From NCBI GenBank assembly GCA_950097015.1, contig CATNEN010000038.1, forward strand, positions 8,432,001-8,496,000: DNA of 64,000 bases. The letters run 5' to 3'. The DNA is from Macrostomum hystrix (lineage: Eukaryota > Animalia > Platyhelminthes). Each line of letters opens with the position of its first letter. The first letter of the stretch is position 1. This document shows, in pieces, positions 1 to 12,700 of the stretch. The translations under genes were made by a program, and so were the position numbers. The notes below the pieces were generated by a model. That model made no database searches and was not told the origin of the DNA. It saw only the letters and a list, made by a program, of their open reading frames with translations.

Positions 1-619
1 AGCATTCTCGCAGCCAATAGTGGCCAACCTTCCTACCCACTCATAGCTATTTTTTTTCAATCAGTCTCAGCGTGTCCAGTGCGCCCCAGAGGCATTAGCA
101 GTGCGGACAGAAATCCATTCCGGCGATGCATTTGATTGACACTGCCGGGGAGTCCTGACCCCCGTCCCACAACTGCTGGCATGGGCGGGGTCGCAACTGG
201 ATTTTAAGGGGAAATAAAAGGGGATTTCGGGGCCAAATAAAACGCATCTCGATTCCCCACCCCAGACACACACACAGGTGAGTAGTGAGTGAGCTAGACC
301 TCATTGGGATAATGGCACGTGTGCTGGCTGGAATGCAGGGCATTGGCCCACACTTAGCCTAGGAAATAATAGGGCTTTGGATGGGATATGAAGCCGGAAT
401 GAGGATCAAGAGAGAATACGGACAGGTCTCGGATCCCATCATGATTGATTGGAATGTGTGAACACTGCAGCGGTCGGATCCCAAACAGGGTCCGAATCTC
501 ACCTATAGTTTTAGCTTGCTGACGGCAAAAGTGTGAGCTCGAAAAGGGGACTATTGAAATAGGAGCTTTTAGTAGCTACAGAAAACGCATAAAAAGTACT
601 AGAGCTATTGCAACAATTT

Positions 620-1790
620 TGCAAGGATTCTAGCTGCGATTCCTCTGACGATTCTAAACTAACCGAAGCTCTTGCTAGGATTCTAGCTGCGATTCCTCTG
701 ACGATTCTAAACTAACCGAAGCTCTTGCTAGGATTCTAGCTGCGATGTACAATTCTGAACTAGCTCAAGTTCTTGCTAGGATTCTAGCTGCGATTCCTCG
801 TACGATTCTAAACTAGCTCAAGCTCTTGCTAGGATTCTAGCTGCGATTCCTCGTACGATTCTAAACTAGCTCAAGCTCTTGCTAGGATTCTAGCTGCGAT
901 TCCTCGTACGATTCTAAACTAGCTCAAGCTCTTGCTAGGATTCTAGCTGCGATTCCTGGTACGATTCTAAACTAGCTCAAGCTCTTGCTAGGATTCTAGC
1001 TGCGATTCCTGGTACGATTCTAAACTAGCTCAAGCTCTTGCTATGATTCTAGCTGCGATTCCTGGTACGATTCTAAACTAACCGAAGCTCTTGCTAGGAT
1101 TCTAGCTGCGATTCCTCTGACGATTCTAAACTAACCGAAGCTCTTGCTAGGATTCTAGCTGCGATTCCTCGTACGATTCTAAACTAGCTCAAGCTCTTGC
1201 TAGGATTCTAGCTGCGATTCCTCGTACGATTCTAAACTAGCTCAAGCTCTTGCTAGGATTCTAGCTGCGATTCCTGGTACGATTCTAAACTAGCTCAAGC
1301 TCTTGCTAGGATTCTAGCTGCGATTCCTGGTACGATTCTAAACTAGCTCAAGCTGTTGCTAGGATTCTAGCTGCGATTCCTGGTACGATTCTAAACTAGC
1401 TCAAGCTCTTGCTAGGATTCTAGCTGCGATTCCTGGTATGATTCTGAACTAGCTCAAGCTCTTGCTAGGATTCTAGCTGCGATTCCTCGTACGATTCTAA
1501 ACTAGCTCAAGCTCATGCTAGGATTCTAGCTGCGGTATCTGGTACGATTCTGAACTAGCTCAAGCTCTTGCTAGGATTCTAGCTGCGATTCTTGGTACGA
1601 TTCTAAACTAGCTCAAGCTCTTGCTAGGATTCTAGCTGCGATTCCTCGTACGATTCTATCTATCGTAGACTTTATTGTCTATAGTAGTTGTGGCTCTTAG
1701 TACGATTCTAGCTGCGATTCCTGGTACGATTCTGAACTAGCTCAAGCTCTTGCTAGGATTCTAGCTGCGATTCCTGCTACGATTCTATAG
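620..1790. repeat. 53-bp tandem repeat, about 21 copies
   Basis: Unit ctaggattctagctgcgattcctcgtacgattctaaactagctcaagctcttg. Confidence 0.95.
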
Positions 1791-2619
1791 TAGCTGTTCA
1801 TACAATTATAGTAGCTGTTACTTGTGCGACAAATTTAGCTGGGGTTTTAACTAATAACTAGTCGTACTAATAAATGTGCTACTCACAGCAGTAGCGACAG
1901 TAGCGCTATACGGACATGCAAATCAGGAAAGCCACTTGGAACAAAAACGGAAACTTTTTTTTTCAAATTTCCTGCGTTCGTCAAGCCATTTCAGCATGGC
2001 AATTGAAAGCCAAACAATGCTTAATTAAGCTGCTAAACTGACTGCTGCGATTGCACGGGTCAAATCTGTTTAAGATGCGCATTCTACACGTTTATTAGCT
2101 AATGAAATAGGTAAGCAACTGTTTACAGTAGCACGCAGTGATTGTCTAGTGATCTGCGCTAATGTGCCGCTTCTAAAAGCCCGCAAAGTCGAACCTGATG
2201 CCGAAAATGAAAAATCTGACACACACAGCGGCAATTAACTGTTACAAAACAGGCCTTGTCATTGGGATTAGGTGTGTACATAGGCGTGTAAATACTGGGG
2301 CTGCGGGAAAATGAGGACAAGTATTGTATCTCTTAGCTCTTCATTATTAAAAAATAGATCTCTAGGACATCAGAAGCGGGACAAACATCTGTCAAGCCTG
2401 CAGCCTCGATAAAAATTATTGACAAAAACGGACAGTAAGTATTTAAAAAATGGGGTCGTAACGGCAAAACAATGAAATCATGACAGCTCAGACAGGCAAA
2501 GAAGCACACAAAACTAACTGCTCAAATTAAACAGCTGAGTATAGAGCGGAGCGAGAAGTACAGTAAGAGTATGCTGGCTTCTTCCAGAGTATGATCTTAG
2601 AGTAGTGGCTGCTTAACCC

Positions 2620-5153
2620 CAGGATCTGGGAGAAGTGACAGCTCAATCTGAGGATCTGGGAGAAGTGACAGCTCAATCTGAGGATCTGGGAGAAGTGACA
2701 GCTCAATCTGAGGATCTGGGAGAAGTGACAGCTCAATCTGAGGATCTGGGAGAAGTGACTGCTCAATCTGAGGATCTGGGAGAAGTGACAGCTCAATCTG
2801 AGGATCTGGGAGAAGTGACTGCTCAATCTGAGGATCTGGGAGAAGTGACTGCTCAATCTGAGGATCTGGGAGAAGTGACTGCTCAATCTGAGGATCTGGG
2901 AGAAGTGACTGCTCAATCTGAGGATCTGGGAGAAGTGACTGCTCAATCTGAGGATCTGGGAGAAGTGACTGCTCAATCTGAGGATCTGGGAGAAGTGACT
3001 GCTCAATCTGAGGATCTGGGAGAAGTGACTGCTCAATCTGAGGATCTGGGAGAAGTGACTGCTCAATCTGAGGATCTGGGAGAAGTGACTGCTCAATCTG
3101 AGGATCTGGGAGAAGTGACAGCTCAATCTGAGGATCTGGGAGAAGTGACAGCTCAATCTGAGGATCTGGGAGAAGTGACAGCTCAATCTGAGGATCTGGG
3201 AGAAGTGACAGCTCAATCTGAGGATCTGGGAGAAGTGACAGCTCAATCTGAGGATCTGGGAGAAGTGACTGCTCAATCTGAGGATCTGGGAGAAGTGACT
3301 GCTCAATCTGAGGATCTGGGAGAAGTGACAGCTCAATCTGAGGATCTGGGAGAAGTGACAGCTCAATCTGATGATATGGGAGAAGTGACTGCTCAATCTG
3401 AGGATCTGGGAGAAGTGACAGCTCAATCTGAGGATCTGGGAGAAGTGACTGCTCAATCTGAGGATCTGGGAGAAGTGACAGCTCAATCTGAGGATCTGGG
3501 AGAAGTGACAGCTCAATCTGAGGATCTGGGAGAAGTGACTGCTCAATCTGAGGATCTGGGAGAAGTGACAGCTCAATCTGAGGATCTGGGAGAAGTGACA
3601 GCTCAATCTGAGGATCTGGGAGAAGGACTGCTCAATTTGAGGATCTGGGAGAAGTGACAGCTCAATCTGAGGATATGGGAGAAGTGACTGCTCAATCTGA
3701 GGATCTGGGAGAAGTGACTGCTCAATCTGAGGATATGGGAGAAGTGACTGCTCAATCTGAGGATCTGGGAGAAGTGACAGCTCAATCTGAGGATCTGGGA
3801 GAAGTGACTGCTCAATCTGAGGATCTGGGAGAAGTGACTGCTCAATCTGAGGATCTGGGAGAAGTGACTGCTCAATCTGAGGATATGGGAGAAGTGACTG
3901 CTCAATCTGAGGATCTGGGAGAAGTGACAGCTCAATCTGAGGATCTGGGAGAAGTGACTGCTCAATCTGAGGATCTGGGAGAAGTGACTGCTCAATCTGA
4001 GGATCTGGGAGAAGTGACAGCTCAATCTGAGGATCTGGGAGAAGTGACTGCTCAATCTGAGGATCTGGGAGAAGTGACAGCTCAATCTGAGGATCTGGGA
4101 GAAGTGACTGCTCAATCTGAGGATCTGGGAGAAGTGACTGCTCAATCTGAGGATCTGGGAGAAGTGACTGCTCAATCTGAGGATCTGGGAGAAGTGACTG
4201 CTCAATCTGAGGATCTGGGAGAAGTGACTGCTCAATCTGAGGATCTGGGAGAAGTGACTGCTCAATCTGAGGATCTGGGAGAAGTGACTGCTCAATCTGA
4301 GGATCTGGGTGAAGTGACTGCTCAATCTGAGGATCTGGGAGAAGTGACTGCTCAATCTGAGGATCTTGGAGAAGTGACTGCTCAATCTGAGGATCTGGGA
4401 GAAGTGACAGCTCAATCTGAGGATCTGGGAGAAGTGACTGCTCAATCTGAGGATCTGGGAGAAGTGAGCTCAATCTGAGGATCTGGGAGAAGTGACAGCT
4501 CAATCTGAAGATCTGGGAGAAGTGACTGCTCAATCTGAGGATCTTGGAGAAGTGACTGCTCAATCTGAGGATCTGGGAGAAGTGACTGCTCAATCTGAGG
4601 ATCTGGGAGAAGTGACTGCTCAATCTGAGGATCTGGGAGAAGTGACTGCTCAATCTGAGGATCTGGGAGAAGTGACTGCTCAATCTGAGGATCTGGGAGA
4701 AGGACTGCTCAATCTGAGGATCTGGGAGAAGTGACTGCTCAATCTGAGGATCTGGGAGAAGTGACAGCTCAATCTGAGGATCTGGGAGAAGTGACAGCTC
4801 AATCTGAGGATCTGGGAGAAGTGACAGCTCAATCTGAGGATATGGGAGAAGTGACTGCTCAATCTGAGGATATGGGAGAAGTGACTGCTCAATCTGAGGA
4901 TCTGGGAGAAGTGACAGCTCAATCTGAGGATCTGGGAGAAGTGACAGCTCAATCTGAGGATCTGGGAGAAGTGACAGCTCAATCTGAGGATATGGGAGAA
5001 GTGACTGCTCAATCTGAGGATATGGGAGAAGTGACTGCTCAATCTGAGGATCTGGGAGAAGTGACTGCTCAATTTGAGGATCTTGGAGAAGTGACTGCTC
5101 AATCTGAGGATCTGGGAGAAGTGACTGCTCAATTTGAGGATCTGGGAGAAGTC
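2620..5153. repeat. 30-bp tandem repeat, about 84 copies
   Basis: Unit gctcaatctgaggatctgggagaagtgac(t/a). Confidence 0.97.
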
Positions 5154-6202
5154 ATTAATTTCCAAGGGCAACAGCGAAGAGGATGCAGTGTTGCAGCAAT
5201 GCAAAGCTCAAAAATCGGTTTGCTAAAAAACTTCCTATCAAATCAGTAAAAATCAAAACACTTGTTTTAAAATAATTTTCCGCAAATTGTTTTGAAAAAA
5301 TTCTTACAATAAAGAAAATTTGATTTTCAATAAACGCTGAGTAGAATGAAATATAAAAGACAAAAAATATGAGCCTTATAAAATATTCACGCACGCAAGC
5401 AAAGCTATAAAACTGACCAGAATCAGGCAAAAGTAGAACAACTGTACAAATATAATTTATATTCAAGTTGGAAATCAACTCTTGAAACTGTTCTATACAA
5501 TTGAGGCTGCACTAAAATAATTTAGGGCATAAACTGTGACAAGCTTATTGAGATAAATAGACCAGAAATCTGTGCCAGCAAAAAGCATTTCTCTAGAAGC
5601 ACGATATTGATTGTTAAGTACAGGCATTGTGAGCGAGTATGAAGACTGGCTCAGTCTCCAGGAGCCTGCGGTATAGCTGGCATCAGTGATCTTCGCTGCT
5701 GCTGGCAATCGACTGGCGCTGAAATATGCATTTCGCGAATCAGTTTGGAAATAATGAAATGCACGAAAATGCTTATATTGCTACTGAGTAAGAAGAAAGT
5801 GAGTAGTGTAGTGCGCTTATTTCCTTCTCTTTTTGCGAGAGATGCTTTTATTACTTTAGATTATTGACAATAAAAAGCCGTTTTCAACAGTTAATTTGAA
5901 ATTAATTTGTCTCACACCTGTGCTAAATTAGATTGTTATTTTCGTAAGTAAATAGTAAGCAGTTTGTTCAATCAAGTTATGACGATGCAGTGTCAAACAA
6001 GATGCAGTCGCTAATTACCTTGATTTGGCTGAAAAAAAATAGGAAAACAATTAATTGAAGGCACGTGAAATATTATTGCGAAAAACATAGCAATGTAGAC
6101 AGACTAGAACAGATTGATGAACTTAAGGAAACACACAGCCACTGCTACATACATAGACTTAAAAATGGCACAATTATAGAAGCCCTGTCACAGTGTGGGT
6201 TT

Positions 6203-6605
6203 ATCTGGGATGAGAAAAATGAGGATCTGGGATGAGAAAAATGAGGATCTGGGATAAGATAAATGAGGATCTGGGATGAGAAAAATGAGTATCTGGGATG
6301 AGAAAAATGAGGATCTGGGATGAGATAAACGAGGATCTGGGATGAGAAAAATGAGGATCTGGGATGAGATTAATAAGGATCTGGGATGAGAAAAATGAGG
6401 ATCTGGGATGAGATAAATGAGGATCTGGGATGAGAAAAATGAGGATCTGGGATGAGAAAAATGAGGATCTGGGATGAGATAATTGAGGATTTGGGATGGG
6501 ATTTTCGAGGATCTGGGATGATATTTGTGAGGATTTGGGATGGGATTTTCGAGGATCTGGGATGATATTTGTGAGAATTTGGGATTAGATAGATGAGGAT
6601 CCAGA
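6203..6605. repeat. About 21-22-bp minisatellite
   Basis: Unit gaggatctgggatgagaaaaat. Confidence 0.9.
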
Positions 6606-6767
6606 TTTAGGCTTACAAGCAAAAAGTATTTGCAATTGAATAAAAGGCTTGCTTAGTAAAAGACAAACAAAAATAAAATATACTAAAAAAGTGCATAATA
6701 TGTGAAAACTACAAAAAAACTAAATAAATTGAATGAGGAGAAAACAAAGACACACAAAGGTACAAAC

Positions 6768-9700
6768 CTGGCAGACAAGGCGCAGCTCTCTCAGGTGTTC
6801 GATCTCTTCCCCTGGGTCGATGCTGGTGCTGCTCTCGCGACGCGGACCGTCGCCCGTTGCGCTGAGCGGCCTCGTCGAGTCGTGCTCAACGTCAACCAGC
6901 AGCAGCCGCTCGGGCGGGCAGCCGTCGCAGACGGTGAGTTGAATTTCGGACACGGAGGCCGCAGCCGTACCGCTAACAGCCGGACTGATAAGGCTGCGAA
7001 GTACAGAGACAGCCTCCTCCCGAGAGACGCCAATCAAATTGCGACCGTTTGCGTCAAGCAAGCGCATTCCTGTGGGTCGAGTAAAAACGTCAGATTAGTC
7101 TGTCTTTAATTATTAGACTGTCTCTAATAAATTTGAGGAAACACTTTAGGACTTCAGGACTTTTGGTCCTCTCGGTCGGAAGTCAGAGCACTAAACAGCA
7201 GGACCACAAGCTCTAAACACAGCTATTTTTAGAAACAGACGACTGTAATGCCGCATGACATCAGCAGCTAATTTTAGAAACAGAAAACTGCAAAACCGCA
7301 TGACGTCAGTAGCTATTTTTAGAAATAGAAAACAGTTATACAACATGACGTCAGTAGCTATTTTTAGAAACAAAAATTCGATGCCGCATGACGTCATTAG
7401 CTATATTAAGAAATCTTAGGCTGCTATCTGTTTATAAGAAACAACAAAACCCACAGCTATTTAACAGTAGGACTACCAAGCCATTTTGCCACCCATTTTT
7501 ATACCAAGGGGGGGGATTTCCCCCCCTGACAATTTTTTTGCTGCACCCGAACGGAACAATGCAAGCACACGAAACTCAAGAACACGGGCCAAATTTTTGT
7601 TGCGCATCTTCTGAAACAAGAAACAAGTCGCCAGCTCTTCAGACCGTCGAGATATTCAATGTTCCTGGCCGAAGGTCCGATTTTTCCGATGAGAGCTAGT
7701 GTATTTCATACACCCCTATACACGAATTTGCGGCCTTTCCAGACCTTTAAACTTTATCAGCATGTCACCCGAGTGTGCCTGCATCATCTCCGACTTCGGC
7801 GGTCACCGACCTTTATCTAGACGGAGCTGCTGTTATAGGGGTGTATGAAATACACTAGCTCTTATGGGAAAAATCGGACCTTCGGCCAGAAACATTGAAT
7901 ATCTCGACGGTCTGAAGAGCTGGCGACTTGTACAGTACAATACAGTGGACCGATTGTGCGAATACTAACCCGGTTTTAGCTGGCCGTCGGCGTGAAACAA
8001 TCCGCCAGGCGACACGCGGGCCACAAAGATGCCCTCGTCGGTTGGATCGTCCAGATTGGCTCGGGGCGAGCCAGCCCCGCCGCACACGGCTACGCCCAGC
8101 CGAAGTCGGGCGGTTTTTTGGCCAGAATTTGGCGGGGTTCCAGCAGCCGCCGTTGTCAGAGGGATGCGTAGGCAGCGAAGGCCAGCAGGCGGAGCCTCGT
8201 GACGCACTCGCAGCCGGACAACGGTTGCCGGATTCGATGACGAGCGCATCGCCGCGATGGCCTCGCGATGCGTAGCTTTGGCCAGGCTGCGACCGTTGGC
8301 GCTTAGCAGCCGATCGCCAACCCGGAGGCCGGCGGCTTCGGCCGGCATGCCGGCGGTCAGGCGGCTGACGTACAGGCCAACGCCGAACGGATGAGCGGGC
8401 CGGTCGCAGCTGCCGCAGATGGAGAGGCCCAGGCGACCCGCCGAATCCGGGTGAAGTTCGATGCGAGCCTCGTCTGGACCCAGCGGCACGGACGAATCGT
8501 CGTCTTCAGCGTCCTCTGCTTGCTCCTCGGCGGGTGGTGCCGCGTTGGCGGATACTGCGGCAGGTACAGAGTCGGCGTGTGCTGGAGACTCCGAATTTCT
8601 TGTTATTGCTTGCGCTATGGCAATCTCAGGCTCCACTAGTTTCGCAGTAGTCAGTTTTTGCGGTTGCTAGATTAGGGATTAGGGAAGAGATTTAGGAATA
8701 TTAGCCAGGGTTGTCTGTAAAGATCATGAAATTATCTGGGCACGTTTAAGTACAGTGTACAAAGCAAAATATAATGTAAATTGACCATGAACAAGCTGAA
8801 TGTACATTGCTTATGTACAATGGAGAATGTACATTGCTTATGTACAATGGAGAATGTACATTGCTTATGTACACAGGGGAATGTACATTGCTTATGTACA
8901 CTGGAGAATGTACATTGCTTATGTACACAGGGGAATGTACATAGCGAACGCGCAAAGTATGCGCATTGCGCACTCTTCCCATTTCAAGAATAAAATATCA
9001 AATGTTGTCAGACTTTTCAATACCACAACTTAGCCCTCGTATTTCTTACCTGACTTATCCACAGGGCTTCTTCAGCATCTCCATGTTCGCCTTCAACGCC
9101 ACCGTTTTCCTCGTCTTCATTGTGACTAGTTTTATTAACGCAGCTTGCTCGTGTAGCGTCGTGCAGTCTCTCTAAGCTGCCCTTGCGGCGAGGCAGCTGT
9201 GGACTCTGGTGAAGGCAAATTTGCACGATTGGGTAAGCTGCATTTAGCCAGCCAATTAAATTCATTTTAGGTACGCGATTTTATTTAGAATTGATTCCAT
9301 AAATAGTTGTCTGCCGGGAATTCCAAGACGGGAATAATCTAGAAAAATCTAAATATACATTTTTTATAAACCAGAATCAAGTTATAGTTACTTAAACATA
9401 AAAGTTAAAATGCAATCTATAAAAAACTTATACAGTTGACTACGATTTCTGCTCATGCAAAGTTATTTTTAAAAATTATATTGTCCACATTTTCTAAACA
9501 ATAAATGTAAAAATTACCGTGAATTAAAATAACTACTAAAAATTTCAGCGAGTAAACAGTAAGCAACGAAGTGTAAACAAGAAGAGAAAAATGGTGACAT
9601 TTTTTCGTGACCTTGTCACACAGCTAACCTGTCAATGAGCCAATCAGCTTAGAGGACTCTGCGAATGTGTAGCAGGAACAGCTACATCAGTGCTGCGGCT

Positions 9701-12700
9701 ACAGTGACGTTGCTTCTCCCCTCTCCACCCTCTAAGCTTTCTCCCCTCTCCACCCTCTAAGCTTTCTCCCCTCTCCACCCTCTCTACTTTCTCCCCTCTC
9801 CACCCTCTCTACTTTCTCCCCTCTCCACCCTCTCTACTTTCTCCCCTCTCCACCCTCTCTACTTTCTCCCCTCTCCACCCTCTCTACTTTCTCCCCTCTC
9901 CACCCTCTCTACTTTCTCCCCTCTCCACCCTCTCTACTTTCTCCCCTCTCCACCCTCTCTACTTTCTCCCCTCTCCACCCTCTCTACTTTCTCCCCTCTC
10001 CACTTCCTCTACTCTCTCCCCTCTCTACTTTCTCCCCTCTCCACCCTCTCTACTTTCTCCCCTCTCCAACTTCCTCTACTTTCACCCCTCTCCACCCTCT
10101 CTACTTTCTCCCCTCTCCACTTCCTCTACTCTCTCCCCTCTCTACTTTCTCCCCTCTCCACCCTCTCTACTTTCTCCCCTCTCCAACTTCCTCTACTTTC
10201 ACCCCTCTCCAACCTCTCTACTTTCTCCCCTCTCCACCCCCTCTCCAACTTCCTCTACTTTCTCCCCTCTCCAACTTCCTATACTTTCTCCCCTCTCCAC
10301 CCTCTCTAATTTCTCCTCTCCACCCTCTCTACTTTTTCCCCTCTCCACCCTCTCTACTTTCTCCCCTCTCCAACTTCCTCTACTTTCACCCCTCTCCAAC
10401 CTCTCTATTTTCTCCCCTCTCCACCCCCTCTCCAACTTCCTCTACTTTCTCCCCTCTCCAACTTCCTATACTTTCTCCCCTCTCCACCCTCTCTAATTTC
10501 TCCTCTCCACCCTCTCTACTTTTTCCCCTCTCCACCCTCTCTACTTTCTCCCCTCTCCAACTTCCTCTACTTTCACCCCTCTCCAACCTCTCTATTTTCT
10601 CCCCTCTCCACCCCCTCTCCAACTTCCTCTACTTTCTCCCCTCTCCAACTTCCTATACTTTCTCCCCTCTCCACCCTCTCTAATTTCTCCTCTCTCCACC
10701 CTCACTACTTTTTCCCCTCTCCACCCTCTCTACTTTCTCCTCTCTCCCCCCTTTAAAATCTGTCCTCTTTGTTAGAGCTAGATATTTCACCCATTTGACT
10801 TCCGAATCTCAACTTAAAAGTCCCTTATACTCGTACCAGAAGATTTCATGGGCACACAAAAAACTGTGTGAAATCAAGTCCGCAACGCGAACAGAAAATA
10901 TGGGAAAAATAAAATAAAATAAAAATCCTGCGCGCGTAGAAACGCGAGCGAAAAACTGAAGCGGGACTCAGAACTTATGATAGTACGACTGCTCACCTCA
11001 TCCTGCTTATCTTCTTCCGTTCTCTCCCCGTCGGTCTCGATCTCCTCGTCTTCATCCTGATCTTCGTCTTCGCACGGCTCACCGACGCCCGGAGCCGCCT
11101 CGGACATCGCGCGCCGCCGCTCCACCTCTAGCTCGAGTCGCTGACCTGCTGACTTCATCGCCTCAACAGCCTCGGCGTGGCTGGCGGTTGCCAGGGAGAC
11201 GCCGCAGACGCTTAGCAACCGGTCGCCGGGGCGCAGGCCAGCTGCGAATGCCGGGAGGCCCTCTACAACCTGGACAGGTGGATCGCATGGGATTGTCTTG
11301 ATTTATTTGAAACTTAGGAATCCATTGGGATCTTAGGTATTAATTGGGATCTTAGGGATTGATTGGGATCTTAGGGATTGATTGGGATCTTAGGGATTGA
11401 TTGGGATCTTAGGGATTGATTGGGAGGGATATTAGGGATTCATGGGAATATAAAGGATTCATATGAATATTTGGGATTCATAGGGATCTATCAGAATCTT
11501 TCAAATGTATTTTGATATTGGAAATTTTTCGAAATCATAAATTAGTTTGTATCCTAATAAAATTAGAAAAATCATGCTCGTATATAGCGTAGAAGTCGAA
11601 TAGATTTTATGAGAATCTTAAGATGCCGTCAAATCTAGCAGGCGAAAAAGCCCGAATTGACAAATCAAAAAGTTTCTGACACAGCCTCACCTTGCTGAGA
11701 AAGATTCCATTGTCGTCTGGCAGCCAGGGCAGAGAACCGACCCCACCGGCTATGCTCAAACCCAGCTGAGCCCCGGCCTGCCGCTCCAGCACAACTATCA
11801 GTCGTTGCTTAGTAACCGTTGCTAGGGTCGCCCCATCAGAATCGAAGCCTCCAGCTCCGCTGGCGGCGCCAGACTCCGAGGCCGGCCGCTTGCCGCCGCC
11901 GTACTTCTGCAGGAGCTGGGCTGCGTAGGCCGAGTCCTGCTGGCTGCGGCTGATCTTGGCGTTCTTGTTGTAGTGCGGAGTGTCGCGCCTCTTCCAGCCA
12001 CTGCTCTTGGCCTCGTTGTCCTCCAGCTCGCCGGCGAAGCCCACGTGGCGCAGGGCCACGCTGCCTGCGGCGTGATCAGCCTGCGATGACGGACAATGAT
12101 AATCAATGATTACCATGATTATATACTATTCCAGCTCAGATAAGAGGGCTGAGTGGCGGACAGACCCAAGTTAAGATTATCCCTAAACGTTTGATAGTAA
12201 TCCCTACACGTTTGATAATCCCTACACGTTTGACAATCCCTACACGTTTGATAATCCCTACACGTTTGACAATCCCTACACGTTTGATAATCCCTACACG
12301 TTTGACAATCCCTACACGTTTGATAATCCCTACACGTTTGATAATCCCTATACGTTTGATAATAATCCCTACACGTTTGATAATCCCTACACGTTTGATA
12401 ATCCCTACACGTTTGATAATCCCTACACGTTTGATAATCCCTACACGTTCGATAATCCCTACACGTTTGATAATCCCTACACGTTTGATAATCCCTACAC
12501 GTTTGATAATCCCTACACGTTCGATAATCCCTACACGTTTGATAATCCCTACACGTTTGATAATCCCTACACGTTCGATAATCCCTACACGTTTGATAAT
12601 CCTAAATCCCAAAATATTAGATAATCCTAAATCCCAATACTATTTATAAAATTCTAAATCCCAAAACATTAGATAACCATAAATCCCAAGACATTAGAAA

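Noticed and set aside
2527-5249. Long repetitive ORFs (TAQSEDLGEV, SSHFSQILRL, LLPDPQIEQS) on both strands
   Set aside because: They arise from a stop-free 30-bp tandem unit. Single-base deletions shift frames freely, so there is no sign of coding constraint.
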